This document shows, in pieces, positions 1-8,021 of a DNA stretch of 61,417 nucleotides (position 1 is the first letter of the stretch; every line of letters begins with the position of its first letter). The notes beneath the pieces were generated by a model. That model was given only the letters and a program-made list of their open reading frames with translations, did no database searches and had not been told where the DNA came from. The stretch is taken from NCBI GenBank assembly GCA_003045825.1, contig PZPA01000001.1, positions 1-61,417 of the forward strand. Reading direction: 5' to 3'. Position numbers and translations under genes: made by a program. The DNA is from Bacteroidota bacterium. GTDB taxonomy: Bacteria; Bacteroidota; Bacteroidia; Flavobacteriales; Schleiferiaceae.

Positions 1-194
1 AGATTATTGATCAATAGGTCACTTGCCATCAACACTGCAAATGAAAGTGCAATGGTCTTGAAAAGGCTTCTACTTTGACTTGCGCCCACAAAGGCTAAGG
101 CACCCATTGCAGTGAAATTAGGGTAGTGAGGTGCAATGCGTGAAACAAACGCTGCAATTACGAGTCCAATTAAAACCTTATTATTTGCTGTCAT
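1..194 (-). CDS. Membrane protein, probably DUF6580 family putative transporter (partial, runs off window start)
   Basis: Hand-translated from ATG at 194: MTANNKVLIGLVIAAFVSRIAPHYPNFTAMGALAFVGAS...SDLLIN. Hydrophobic with an R-x-x-PH-x-PNF motif. Not in the ORF track. Confidence 0.7.
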   Translation of the reverse strand, partial: MTANNKVLIGLVIAAFVSRIAPHYPNFTAMGALAFVGASQSRSLFKTIALSFAVLMASDLLINN

Positions 195-212
195 ATCTCT
201 GTGAATTCTTCG

Positions 213-220
213 CAAATATA
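213..220 (-). promoter_or_regulatory. Bacteroidetes sigma70 -7 element (TATATTTG)
   Basis: Plus-strand CAAATATA matches TAnnTTTG on minus, just upstream of the ATG at 194. Confidence 0.55.
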
Positions 221-227
221 CGTTGAC

Positions 228-584
228 TTATGCTTCTTTGGTATAGGTTTCCCACATACCGTTAGGATTTAATACCAACAATTTTTGATTTATCGCTTTT
301 GGAGGGGTAGGTGCGGTTGTGGTAACGTCTGCGGGAATACTCTGAACGATCGGCGTAGGATTGCGGTCCAGTTTTTTGGATCGGTGCCCTGATAGAATGT
401 AACGTATATCTAATTCAACGTCGAATTCGCAGAGTTTTTGAATGAGTTGAAGGTTTGGTTTGTTTCTACCGTTTAATATGTGCACGAGCGTAGGACGGTT
501 AATTCCTAATGCATTCGCCAGACTAGAAGGGGAGTGTCCCTCAAGTTCCATGTAGGCTTTTATTCGTTGTACTAATTCCTCCAT
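228..584 (-). CDS. XRE/Cro-C1 family HTH transcriptional regulator
   Basis: SPSSLANALGINRPTLVHILNGRNKPNL is a typical HTH_3 pattern. Confidence 0.85.
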   Translation of the reverse strand: MEELVQRIKAYMELEGHSPSSLANALGINRPTLVHILNGRNKPNLQLIQKLCEFDVELDIRYILSGHRSKKLDRNPTPIVQSIPADVTTTAPTPPKAINQKLLVLNPNGMWETYTKEA

Positions 585-586
585 AG

Positions 587-637
587 TTACAAATGTAATA
601 CAAACGAAACAGTTTAAACAAGGTGTTACAGTTGTAA
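587..637. promoter_or_regulatory. Two TTACA-N2-TGTAA palindromes overlapping the promoter of the XRE gene (candidate autoregulatory operators)
   Basis: TTACAaaTGTAA at 587-598 and TTACAgtTGTAA at 626-637. The first contains the minus-strand -7 element TACATTTG. Confidence 0.6.
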
Positions 638-734
638 TTATTAAAAAATTCAGCCAACTATCTAGCGTATTTCCGGTTGCAACTCATGGTTTAATTGAAA
701 GTGCCTAAAATGTTGAAATAGAGTTTATTAATAT

Positions 735-1715
735 TTAATATATTGGTGTTTCACGATGCGTAAATAGAGCCGTTCCATTTGCATCATACAACCCGACGTG
801 GTATGCAGCACCTTTTGCACCTGATAGTTTCAATTGTAACACCCCGAAATGTTGGGTACCCGTGGTATTTTCATGCAGTCGTGTTCTGTTATTTTCTTCA
901 TGATGCGGATGCGCATTTGCAGTGAGCGGTGAAGCACAGACTTCAACTATGGCTTTCCCGTTAACGACCATTTTATTAATCTCTCCGCTGTGGCGATCTC
1001 CAGTTAATACGATAGGTGTTCCTGGCGCCTCCGAGAGCCATTGAACTAGTAATTCGCGTTCCTTTGGATAATTGCTCATGTTTTCGAAAACTTGGGCGGT
1101 ATTTAAAAGTTGTCCGCCCATGCAGATAATGTGGACATTAGCCGTCGAATGCACTAAGGCATCGTGAAACCAGTTCAATTGTTCTATGCCGAAAACGGTG
1201 GCATTCGCTGAATCCCGATTAGTGCGAAAGCTGCGGTTATCCAGTAAGAAAATATCAACGCTTCCATCAGCTGCAATTGTACGCCCGTAATAGCTGCTTT
1301 TATTGGGTTGCGCATAATCGGGTTTCCAAAACTCTTTAAAAGCTTTCATGGTCACCGGAAACCCGCTGTAGGTTGAGCCATCACAATCATTAGGACCTGC
1401 ATCGTGGTCATCCCAGATGGCTAAATGATCACTCTTGCTCAGTATTTCTTGAAAGATAGGTTGTCCAAAAACTGACTCATATCTCGCCATAGTACTGTCG
1501 TAGCTGTTCCATTGCCCGTTTTCTAGATAAATGTTATCCCCAAGCCAGATGAAATGATCTAAACTATCAAGCGCTTGGTTGAGGGTAGGCAGCAAATGCT
1601 GCGTTTGTTCGGGTTCATTACAACTACCAAATCCAATGGTCAATTCATGTTCTTCGGTGGTGCACGCTGAATTTAGCATTAAAAGAGCAAGGCAAGCGAA
1701 TGTGATATTTTTCAT
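735..1715 (-). CDS. Alkaline phosphatase D (PhoD) family lipoprotein
   Basis: Motifs FGSC, WLGDNIY, WDDHD, LDNRSFR and TGDRH. Lipobox-like LNSAC. Confidence 0.85.
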   Translation of the reverse strand: MKNITFACLALLMLNSACTTEEHELTIGFGSCNEPEQTQHLLPTLNQALDSLDHFIWLGDNIYLENGQWNSYDSTMARYESVFGQPIFQEILSKSDHLAIWDDHDAGPNDCDGSTYSGFPVTMKAFKEFWKPDYAQPNKSSYYGRTIAADGSVDIFLLDNRSFRTNRDSANATVFGIEQLNWFHDALVHSTANVHIICMGGQLLNTAQVFENMSNYPKERELLVQWLSEAPGTPIVLTGDRHSGEINKMVVNGKAIVEVCASPLTANAHPHHEENNRTRLHENTTGTQHFGVLQLKLSGAKGAAYHVGLYDANGTALFTHRETPIY

Positions 1716-1779
1716 ATTGAGGATTTAAAGATGCACGATTCGTGTTTGTACGTTAACTTCACTCTTTAAAATTACGGCA

Positions 1780-2838
1780 ATGTTCCAAGCCTCCGATTCT
1801 AAATATTTGTCTGATAACCAGTGGTATATGCCTTACAACGAATTGTTGTCGGCGGTCAATTGGGAAATTATTGGTTATTCATCAGAGGAACGCCCCATTT
1901 TGCACACCACTTTGGGTGCTGGATCGCGTTCGATCTGTGTCTGGGCAGGAATGCACGGTAATGAAACGACGGGTGTATACATGTTGCTTTCGCTTATTGA
2001 TCTATACACACGTAATAAAATTGACTTAAATGATTTCGCTATTCATATAATTCCGGTGATAAATCCGGATGCGTATGTTCGTTTCACGCGTCGAAATGGA
2101 CTTTCTATAGATTTGAATCGGGATTTTAGGGCGTTTCAGACTATAGAGAGTGCTAAGCTGATCGGTTGGATCAAGATGAAAGCGCCCGAATTGTGCTTTA
2201 ATCTGCACGACCAGCGATCTATTTTTCATGTAAATAATGAGCCTGCCTACACATCGTTTTTAATTCCGTCGTCAGAGGAGACACGATCTATTACTCCTTT
2301 GCGTCGGACACTCATGAATCGTCTTGGAAACGCACTGTCTTCATTAAACGTCCCGTTAAACGGAATAGGTCGCTACAGCGATGAATTTTACCCAACGGCA
2401 ATTGGCGACTACTTAATGGCGCAAGGCATTCCAAATGTGCTTTTTGAAAGCGGCGTAAGTGTGGATGATTTTGAACGTAAAAAAGCACGGATATTTGGGC
2501 TTAATGTTATGGTAGCTTTATTGCTAGCGACCGAAGAGCCTTCAACAGTTTACGACCAATTGCCCCAAAATAAGGAAGGATTATTGGAATGGGTCTTTAC
2601 AGGGGTTCTCTATGCGAGAATGCGCATTGACATTGCCTTAAAGCGCGTGTATTACGTGAACGGCCATGCGCAAGGCATGTATTATATGGTCGATGAAATA
2701 GGTGATTTAGCTTCGCGACCGCGCATGAAAGAGACCAACGGAGCAGCAATGGCGTTATCTGCGCCTTTAATTATTGGGCAACCAATTACTGCCGTGCTGG
2801 GGTCTATGGTCTTCGAGGACGGATTGATCGTAGGCTAA
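1780..2838 (+). CDS. M14 family zinc carboxypeptidase
   Basis: Motifs GMHGNE, NPD, RRN...DLNRDF, NLHDQ and FESG. Confidence 0.85.
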   Translation: MFQASDSKYLSDNQWYMPYNELLSAVNWEIIGYSSEERPILHTTLGAGSRSICVWAGMHGNETTGVYMLLSLIDLYTRNKIDLNDFAIHIIPVINPDAYVRFTRRNGLSIDLNRDFRAFQTIESAKLIGWIKMKAPELCFNLHDQRSIFHVNNEPAYTSFLIPSSEETRSITPLRRTLMNRLGNALSSLNVPLNGIGRYSDEFYPTAIGDYLMAQGIPNVLFESGVSVDDFERKKARIFGLNVMVALLLATEEPSTVYDQLPQNKEGLLEWVFTGVLYARMRIDIALKRVYYVNGHAQGMYYMVDEIGDLASRPRMKETNGAAMALSAPLIIGQPITAVLGSMVFEDGLIVG

Positions 2839-2839
2839 A

Positions 2840-2871
2840 CTCCCCAACTTAAGAAGTCGGGGAGCTAAAAA
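2840..2871. terminator. Intrinsic terminator between convergent M14 and ssb genes
   Basis: CTCCCCAACTT-AAG-AAGTCGGGGAG hairpin between the two stop codons. Confidence 0.55.
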
Positions 2872-2874
2872 TAC

Positions 2875-3210
2875 TTAAGCGTCGGAAGGCTTTTTACTAA
2901 GTAAAAGCAAATCTTTGGCGACAACCTCGGTAAAGTACTTTTTTTGACCTTCTGTGTCTTCGTAACTGCGCGTTACCAATCTACCAGCGATGCCGACTTT
3001 ATCACCCTTTTTTAGGTATTCATTCATGGTTTGCGCAAGCTTGCCCCAGGCTACTACATTGTGCCAATCGGTCATGGTTTTCTTTGTGCCTTCGGCATCC
3101 TTGTAAACAGTGTTTGTCGCCAGGCTGAAAGAGGTGCGGAGCGTGTTGTTGATTTGTTTGGATTCTGGAGCCATTCCTAGATTCCCGATTAATTGAACAT
3201 GATTTTCCAT
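2875..3210 (-). CDS. ssb: Single-stranded DNA-binding protein, short form without acidic tail
   Basis: NHVQLIGNLG, TDWHNVVAWG, LKKG and YFTEV are SSB OB-fold motifs. Start moved to ATG 3210 (MENHV). Confidence 0.9.
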   Translation of the reverse strand: MENHVQLIGNLGMAPESKQINNTLRTSFSLATNTVYKDAEGTKKTMTDWHNVVAWGKLAQTMNEYLKKGDKVGIAGRLVTRSYEDTEGQKKYFTEVVAKDLLLLSKKPSDA

Positions 3211-3291
3211 AACAATGGTTTTTAAGATTAGTCCTATTAATCTGGCACGCTCGCAGGTCATTCCCAAATTTTGTGAATAACTATAGGTTTT

Positions 3292-3951
3292 CTACAATGG
3301 CTTTTTTATGGTGTTAATCGTAGCGAATGCGGCATTAACATCATTGCTGTGTACGATGAAAGTGGCTTCATTGGTGGTTGAGATGATTTCTTTAATGGGA
3401 ACTCCTGCAGAGGCAATATGCTTAAAGAAAAAGTAATATAGTCCTATAACGTCTGAGCTGCTATTTGGTAAACGCAATGTGATCGAACTTAGATTTCTAG
3501 TTTTATCTAGTCGTTTTTCTCCTTTCATAGCCTTTTCAAGAGCAGGGATATAATCTTCACTGACGACCACGGTAGTCTCTTCCATACCACCGGTGAAGCT
3601 GTGGAAACCATTGGGCAGCTCTGCGATGTAGGTAATGAATTGAGCCTGTTTAGAGGGCAACAACGGTGTTTTCTTGAAGGTGTACGCTACCAGATTGGAG
3701 CGAACGATAATATCGCCTAAGCTGCCAATAAATTGTTGCAGTTTGTGCTGCATTTTCAGTTGGAGACGCGGCTCTCTTCTTCGAATGGCCATGACCACGG
3801 CACTTTCTTTAATCTCTTTACCCGTTAGGTGCTCGATGTCTGCTCTTATCAATCGGGCCAGGGAGCTGAGATTGATCAGGTCTTCGCTCAATGCTTCTTC
3901 GATAAATGGACGGCGGCGAAGGCATTCTTCAAGGGCTTCTCTCAAGTTCAT
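3292..3951 (-). CDS. ACT-domain protein of the short 'aspartate kinase' family; no kinase domain visible
   Basis: N-terminal LINLSSLAR...AVVMAIRR and C-terminal ACT-like EIISTTNE. Only 219 aa. Confidence 0.6.
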   Translation of the reverse strand: MNLREALEECLRRRPFIEEALSEDLINLSSLARLIRADIEHLTGKEIKESAVVMAIRRREPRLQLKMQHKLQQFIGSLGDIIVRSNLVAYTFKKTPLLPSKQAQFITYIAELPNGFHSFTGGMEETTVVVSEDYIPALEKAMKGEKRLDKTRNLSSITLRLPNSSSDVIGLYYFFFKHIASAGVPIKEIISTTNEATFIVHSNDVNAAFATINTIKKPL

Positions 3952-4036
3952 CTTATGCTGATTTTGTTTGCAAATGTAGATAAATGTTATTTTTTAAACA
4001 GTGATTTTGTGCGTCACTTTATCGTAATTTTGAAAG

Positions 4037-5263
4037 GTGTCAGAACGTATAGTTATTATTGGAGGAGGCGCTGCGGGTTATTTCGCGGCAATAGCTTGTG
4101 CGGAGGCACAACCTGAAGCCCACATTGTTATACTTGAAAAAGGAAAAGACGTTTTAGGAAAAGTGTTGATTTCTGGAGGCGGTCGTTGCAATGTGACGAA
4201 CGCTTGTTTTGATCCGCGAGAGTTGGTTACGCATTATCCAAGGGGTGAGAAAGAATTGCTCGGTCCGTTTCATAAATTCCAACCTGGGGATACCATGGAG
4301 TGGTTCGCTGATCGTGGGGTAGAATTAAAAATCGAACCTGATAATCGAGTTTTTCCAGTAACAGATTCTTCTGCGACTATAGCTGATTGCTTAAAGGAAA
4401 TAGCTTCTAGCACGGGAATCAAGGTGCATACAAGCGCTGGTGTGAAGTCGTTTACTCAACTGGAAGATGAGCGCTGGGAAGTAACCACATCGCATGGGCA
4501 GACCTACATTGCGAACCAATTAATGATTGGGGCAGGTTCTTCAAAAGCGGTTTGGGATAATCTCAAAAAATTGGGTCATAAAATAGTTCCGCCTGTCCCT
4601 TCATTGTTCACTTTCAATAGTAAAGATGAGCGTATCAAAGGGTTGAGCGGTATTAGTGTTCCAAATGCAACTGTTCAAGTTGCGGCTTCGGACCTCGAGG
4701 CTTCGGGTCCTTTGCTTATTACGCATTGGGGTTTTTCTGGGCCAGCCATCTTACGTCTTAGCGCCTGGGGAGCAAGAGAGTTAAACGATCGTTTTTATCG
4801 TTTTCCTATTTTGATTAATTGGATCGGTCGTGATGAAGATGAGGTGCTTGCAGATTTCAATGATGAAAAGAAGCATAGTGGTAAAAAAAGAATTGGGAAC
4901 CATGCACATTATGGTATTCCTCTTCGCCTTTGGAAGTCAATGATAGCAGGGGCTGGAATTAAAAATACAGCGACCTGGGGCGATCTTTCAGGAAAAGACC
5001 TAAAGCATTTGGCTTCTGAGCTATGTAGTGCGGTATTCCAAATTTCAGGCAAGAGTACATTCAAGGACGAATTTGTAACGGCGGGTGGGGTAGACCTTCG
5101 CGATGTTGACTTTAAGTCATTTAGTTCGCGAGTATGTACCAACCTTTATTTCGCGGGTGAAATCTTAAATATAGATGGAATCACGGGAGGTTTCAATTTT
5201 CAAGCGGCTTGGACGGGTGGTTTTTTGGCCGGAAATGCGATGGCTGGCTATCCGTTAGAGTAA
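4037..5263 (+). CDS. HI0933/BaiN family flavoprotein
   Basis: IGGGAAG, KVLISGGGRCNVTN, VTAGGV and GITGGFNFQAAW. Confidence 0.9.
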   Translation: MSERIVIIGGGAAGYFAAIACAEAQPEAHIVILEKGKDVLGKVLISGGGRCNVTNACFDPRELVTHYPRGEKELLGPFHKFQPGDTMEWFADRGVELKIEPDNRVFPVTDSSATIADCLKEIASSTGIKVHTSAGVKSFTQLEDERWEVTTSHGQTYIANQLMIGAGSSKAVWDNLKKLGHKIVPPVPSLFTFNSKDERIKGLSGISVPNATVQVAASDLEASGPLLITHWGFSGPAILRLSAWGARELNDRFYRFPILINWIGRDEDEVLADFNDEKKHSGKKRIGNHAHYGIPLRLWKSMIAGAGIKNTATWGDLSGKDLKHLASELCSAVFQISGKSTFKDEFVTAGGVDLRDVDFKSFSSRVCTNLYFAGEILNIDGITGGFNFQAAWTGGFLAGNAMAGYPLE

Positions 5264-5791
5264 GCCTTTTTTCATTAAATCCTTTAGAATTTTACCGCCT
5301 CGATTTTTCATGCCGGGTGTTCCGTGTTCACATGCTATCTCTATGCTTTGAGCCAATTCTGGTGCCAGTTCTGGGTACTTTTTCACCATACGATGTACAA
5401 TACTCATAGCATATACCCTGGGCGCTGCAGCTTGGTTCGGGTTGATGATGGTATTAAAACTAAAATCGAGCAATCGGCCTTCTCGCTCGTCGTGCCGAGG
5501 CAGTTGGTATTTTGAGTAATAACGCAGGATGAAACGTGCTTCTGCATCGGTTTTCATTTGGTCCAATTGGGCTATCATTTCACGCTCCTTCTTGTAAAAC
5601 AGTTCAGGCCTGATGTCGCTGATATGGTGTAGGATCCAACAGCCGCGCATCCGCTCTTTCTTAGTGCCGTTAAAGGCCCGTTCGATAATAGCATTAAGTG
5701 CTATGGGATTTTCTAATCCTTCTGCTACTAGAGGCGCGTAATGCCATTCTTTAGCGCTATCTATTTCATTTAAGGCGTACTCTAAATCCAC
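5255..5791 (-). CDS. Helical (HEAT/ARM-like) conserved hypothetical protein
   Basis: Amphipathic helical pattern with RGCWIL and KKYPELAPEL. Likely GTG start at 5791; the track gives TTG at 5797. Confidence 0.6.
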   Translation of the reverse strand: MDLEYALNEIDSAKEWHYAPLVAEGLENPIALNAIIERAFNGTKKERMRGCWILHHISDIRPELFYKKEREMIAQLDQMKTDAEARFILRYYSKYQLPRHDEREGRLLDFSFNTIINPNQAAAPRVYAMSIVHRMVKKYPELAPELAQSIEIACEHGTPGMKNRGGKILKDLMKKGLL

Positions 5792-5794
5792 GTG

Positions 5795-5848
5795 CAAAAA
5801 AAATTAGCAGCAGTAATGATGAAAATATTAGAATTCTAACTAAATTAG
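5795..5848. promoter_or_regulatory. Candidate SOS boxes CTAA-N5-TTAG for the non-canonical LexA
   Basis: Perfect CTAActaaaTTAG at 5836-5848. One-mismatch CAAAaaaaaTTAG at 5795-5807. Two-mismatch ATGAaaataTTAG at 5819-5831. Confidence 0.7.
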
Positions 5849-5904
5849 CATATTCAATAAGGAATGCCTAATTGCTTTCCTTGATGTACTAAAGATACAG
5901 CCTT

Positions 5905-6687
5905 ATGAATTACGTGAAAAATAACCTTAAGTTCCTTCGCAAGAAAGAAGCGCTCACACAAGAGCAATTGGCTACTAAAATTGGTGTAAAACGCGCCATG
6001 ATAGGTGCGTATGAAGAAGGTAGGGCAGAACCTCGTCTACATACGTTGCAGCACTTAGCCGCTTATTTTCAGGTGCGCTTAGATGATTTTGTAAATAAGG
6101 ACCTTTCGGGTTCGAGCAGTATTCCCAAAGCGGACATTAGCGGTGCCCAGTTGCGTATTTTACCCGTTGTAGTCGATGGTACAGACGAGAGAGAATTAGG
6201 AACACTGGTTCCTGTGAAGGCTTCGGCAGGATACCTCAGTGGTTATGGCGATGCCGATTATATTGGTGCGCTACCTCGTTTTTCCATGCCCTTTCCAGAA
6301 TTGCCTCAGGACCGCACCTACAGAGTATTTCAGATCAGAGGAGAGAGCATGCTTCCGATCAAACCTGGGGCTTATGTTATCACAGAATATATTCAAGATT
6401 GGAAGTCTATTCGCAATGACGAGTGTCATGTTTTGATCACAAAAGACGAAGGTGTCGTGTACAAGCGCGTCATTAATAACCTCCATATCGGTGAATTAAT
6501 GCTAAAATCGGATAATCCACAGTTTGCTCCTTATACTGTACCTGTCGATAGGCTGGTAGAGGTTTGGAAAGCGGTTGGTTATACCAGCTTTGAACTCCCT
6601 GCAGCAGGTACAGGTCAGGAAATGTCTCAGATCATGCACATGATGGCCGATCTCAAAAAAGAGATGAATCACCTGAAAGACAACTAA
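5905..6687 (+). CDS. XRE-HTH plus S24 peptidase repressor (Bacteroidetes non-canonical LexA)
   Basis: N-terminal CI-type HTH (LTQEQLA...YEEGRAEP), AG cleavage site (ASAGY), catalytic Ser (GESMLP) and Lys (VYKRV). It heads the dinB-dnaE2 operon. Confidence 0.85.
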   Translation: MNYVKNNLKFLRKKEALTQEQLATKIGVKRAMIGAYEEGRAEPRLHTLQHLAAYFQVRLDDFVNKDLSGSSSIPKADISGAQLRILPVVVDGTDERELGTLVPVKASAGYLSGYGDADYIGALPRFSMPFPELPQDRTYRVFQIRGESMLPIKPGAYVITEYIQDWKSIRNDECHVLITKDEGVVYKRVINNLHIGELMLKSDNPQFAPYTVPVDRLVEVWKAVGYTSFELPAAGTGQEMSQIMHMMADLKKEMNHLKDN

Positions 6688-6789
6688 TTAACACGTAAAA
6701 GGAGTTTAGCCTAGTGTGTTTTTGAGCGGTCTTAGAGCCGTTCGAAGTGCCGGTGGTGTGTCCTTACTTAACTAACTACATTTTAATTC

Positions 6790-8001
6790 ATGGACCGCTC
6801 TATCCTACATATGGACCTTGATACGTTCTTCGTCTCTGTTGAACGTTTGATGGATAGTCGATTAAACGGTAAGCCTATTCTCATTGGCGGTACCGGCGAT
6901 CGTGGAGTAGTTGCAGCTTGTAGTTATGAGACAAGGAAGTTCGGCGTGCATTCGGCCATGCCTATGCGCATGGCTCGTTCTCTCTGCCCTGAGGCCATTA
7001 TCATTCGGGGGAATTCAGCGAACTACAGTAAATACTCAAACTTAGTTACGGATGTTATTAAAGAGGAGGTACCTGTCTATGAGAAGACGTCGGTAGATGA
7101 GTTTTATGTGGACCTTACCGGTATGGATCGTTTTTTTGGAAACTTCAAATTTTCCAGTGAACTAAGGGACCGTGTCATTAGTGAAACAGGATTGCCTATT
7201 AGTTTTGGCTTGTCCTTAAACAAGACTGTTAGCAAGGTCGCCACAGGGGAAGCTAAGCCTAATAACAAGATTTTCGTTCAAAAAGGGCTGGAGCGTCCGT
7301 TTCTAGCACCTTTATCGGTTCGCAAGATTCCCATGGTGGGAGAGAAGACCTACCAGACCTTGCGAAATCTAGGGGTGCGACGTATTCATACGCTACAAGA
7401 AATGCCATTGGAAATGATGCAGAGTGTCATGGGCAAGCACGGTGCTGTGATTTGGCATAAGGCTCAGGGTGTTGATCAAAGCCCTGTTGTTCCTTACCAA
7501 GAGCGAAAGAGTATTTCAACAGAACGCACTTTTGCTAAGGATACCATAGATGTGGTTAAACTTGAAGGAATTATTGTCGCTATGACAGAGAACCTTGCTT
7601 ATCAGCTGCGTCGTGGGGATAAGCTTACTTCTTGTATTACTGTTAAAATCAGGTATTCAGACTTTAATACCCATACGCTTCAGGCGCGTATACCATATAC
7701 AGCGGCAGATCACCTTCTCATTCCTAAAGTCAAGGAGCTTTTTCAAAAACTCTTTGAACGTAGATTACTCGTTCGTTTGGTGGGTGTTCGTTTCTCCCAT
7801 TTAGTTGGCGGTGGGTACCAGATGAATTTGTTTGAAGAGAGCGAGGAACTCAGTAAACTCTATAGTGCCATGGACCATATACGACAACGCTTTGGCGACC
7901 GTTCAGTATTGCGCGCCGTTTCTCTAGGCGCTAAAACCATAGGAAGGACAAATCCATTTAACGGTGAGCCACCACCACTTTTAGCAAACAGACATCAGTA
8001 A
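6790..8001 (+). CDS. dinB: DNA polymerase IV (Y family)
   Basis: HMDLDTFFVSVE, SYETRKFGVHSAM and SVDEFY catalytic motifs. QMNLF clamp-binding motif. Confidence 0.95.
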   Translation: MDRSILHMDLDTFFVSVERLMDSRLNGKPILIGGTGDRGVVAACSYETRKFGVHSAMPMRMARSLCPEAIIIRGNSANYSKYSNLVTDVIKEEVPVYEKTSVDEFYVDLTGMDRFFGNFKFSSELRDRVISETGLPISFGLSLNKTVSKVATGEAKPNNKIFVQKGLERPFLAPLSVRKIPMVGEKTYQTLRNLGVRRIHTLQEMPLEMMQSVMGKHGAVIWHKAQGVDQSPVVPYQERKSISTERTFAKDTIDVVKLEGIIVAMTENLAYQLRRGDKLTSCITVKIRYSDFNTHTLQARIPYTAADHLLIPKVKELFQKLFERRLLVRLVGVRFSHLVGGGYQMNLFEESEELSKLYSAMDHIRQRFGDRSVLRAVSLGAKTIGRTNPFNGEPPPLLANRHQ

Positions 8002-8021
8002 ACGTAGATAAACAGAGAAGT

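Noticed and set aside
1734..1744. CACGA-T-TCGTG palindrome between phoD and the M14 gene
   Set aside because: It is a single short palindrome, compatible with chance.
3243..3257. TGGCACG sigma54-like sequence near ssb
   Set aside because: It points away from ssb and has no -12 element.
5905..6687. CI-like repressor as evidence for a prophage
   Set aside because: No integrase, structural or lysis genes are present, and the context is an SOS cassette.
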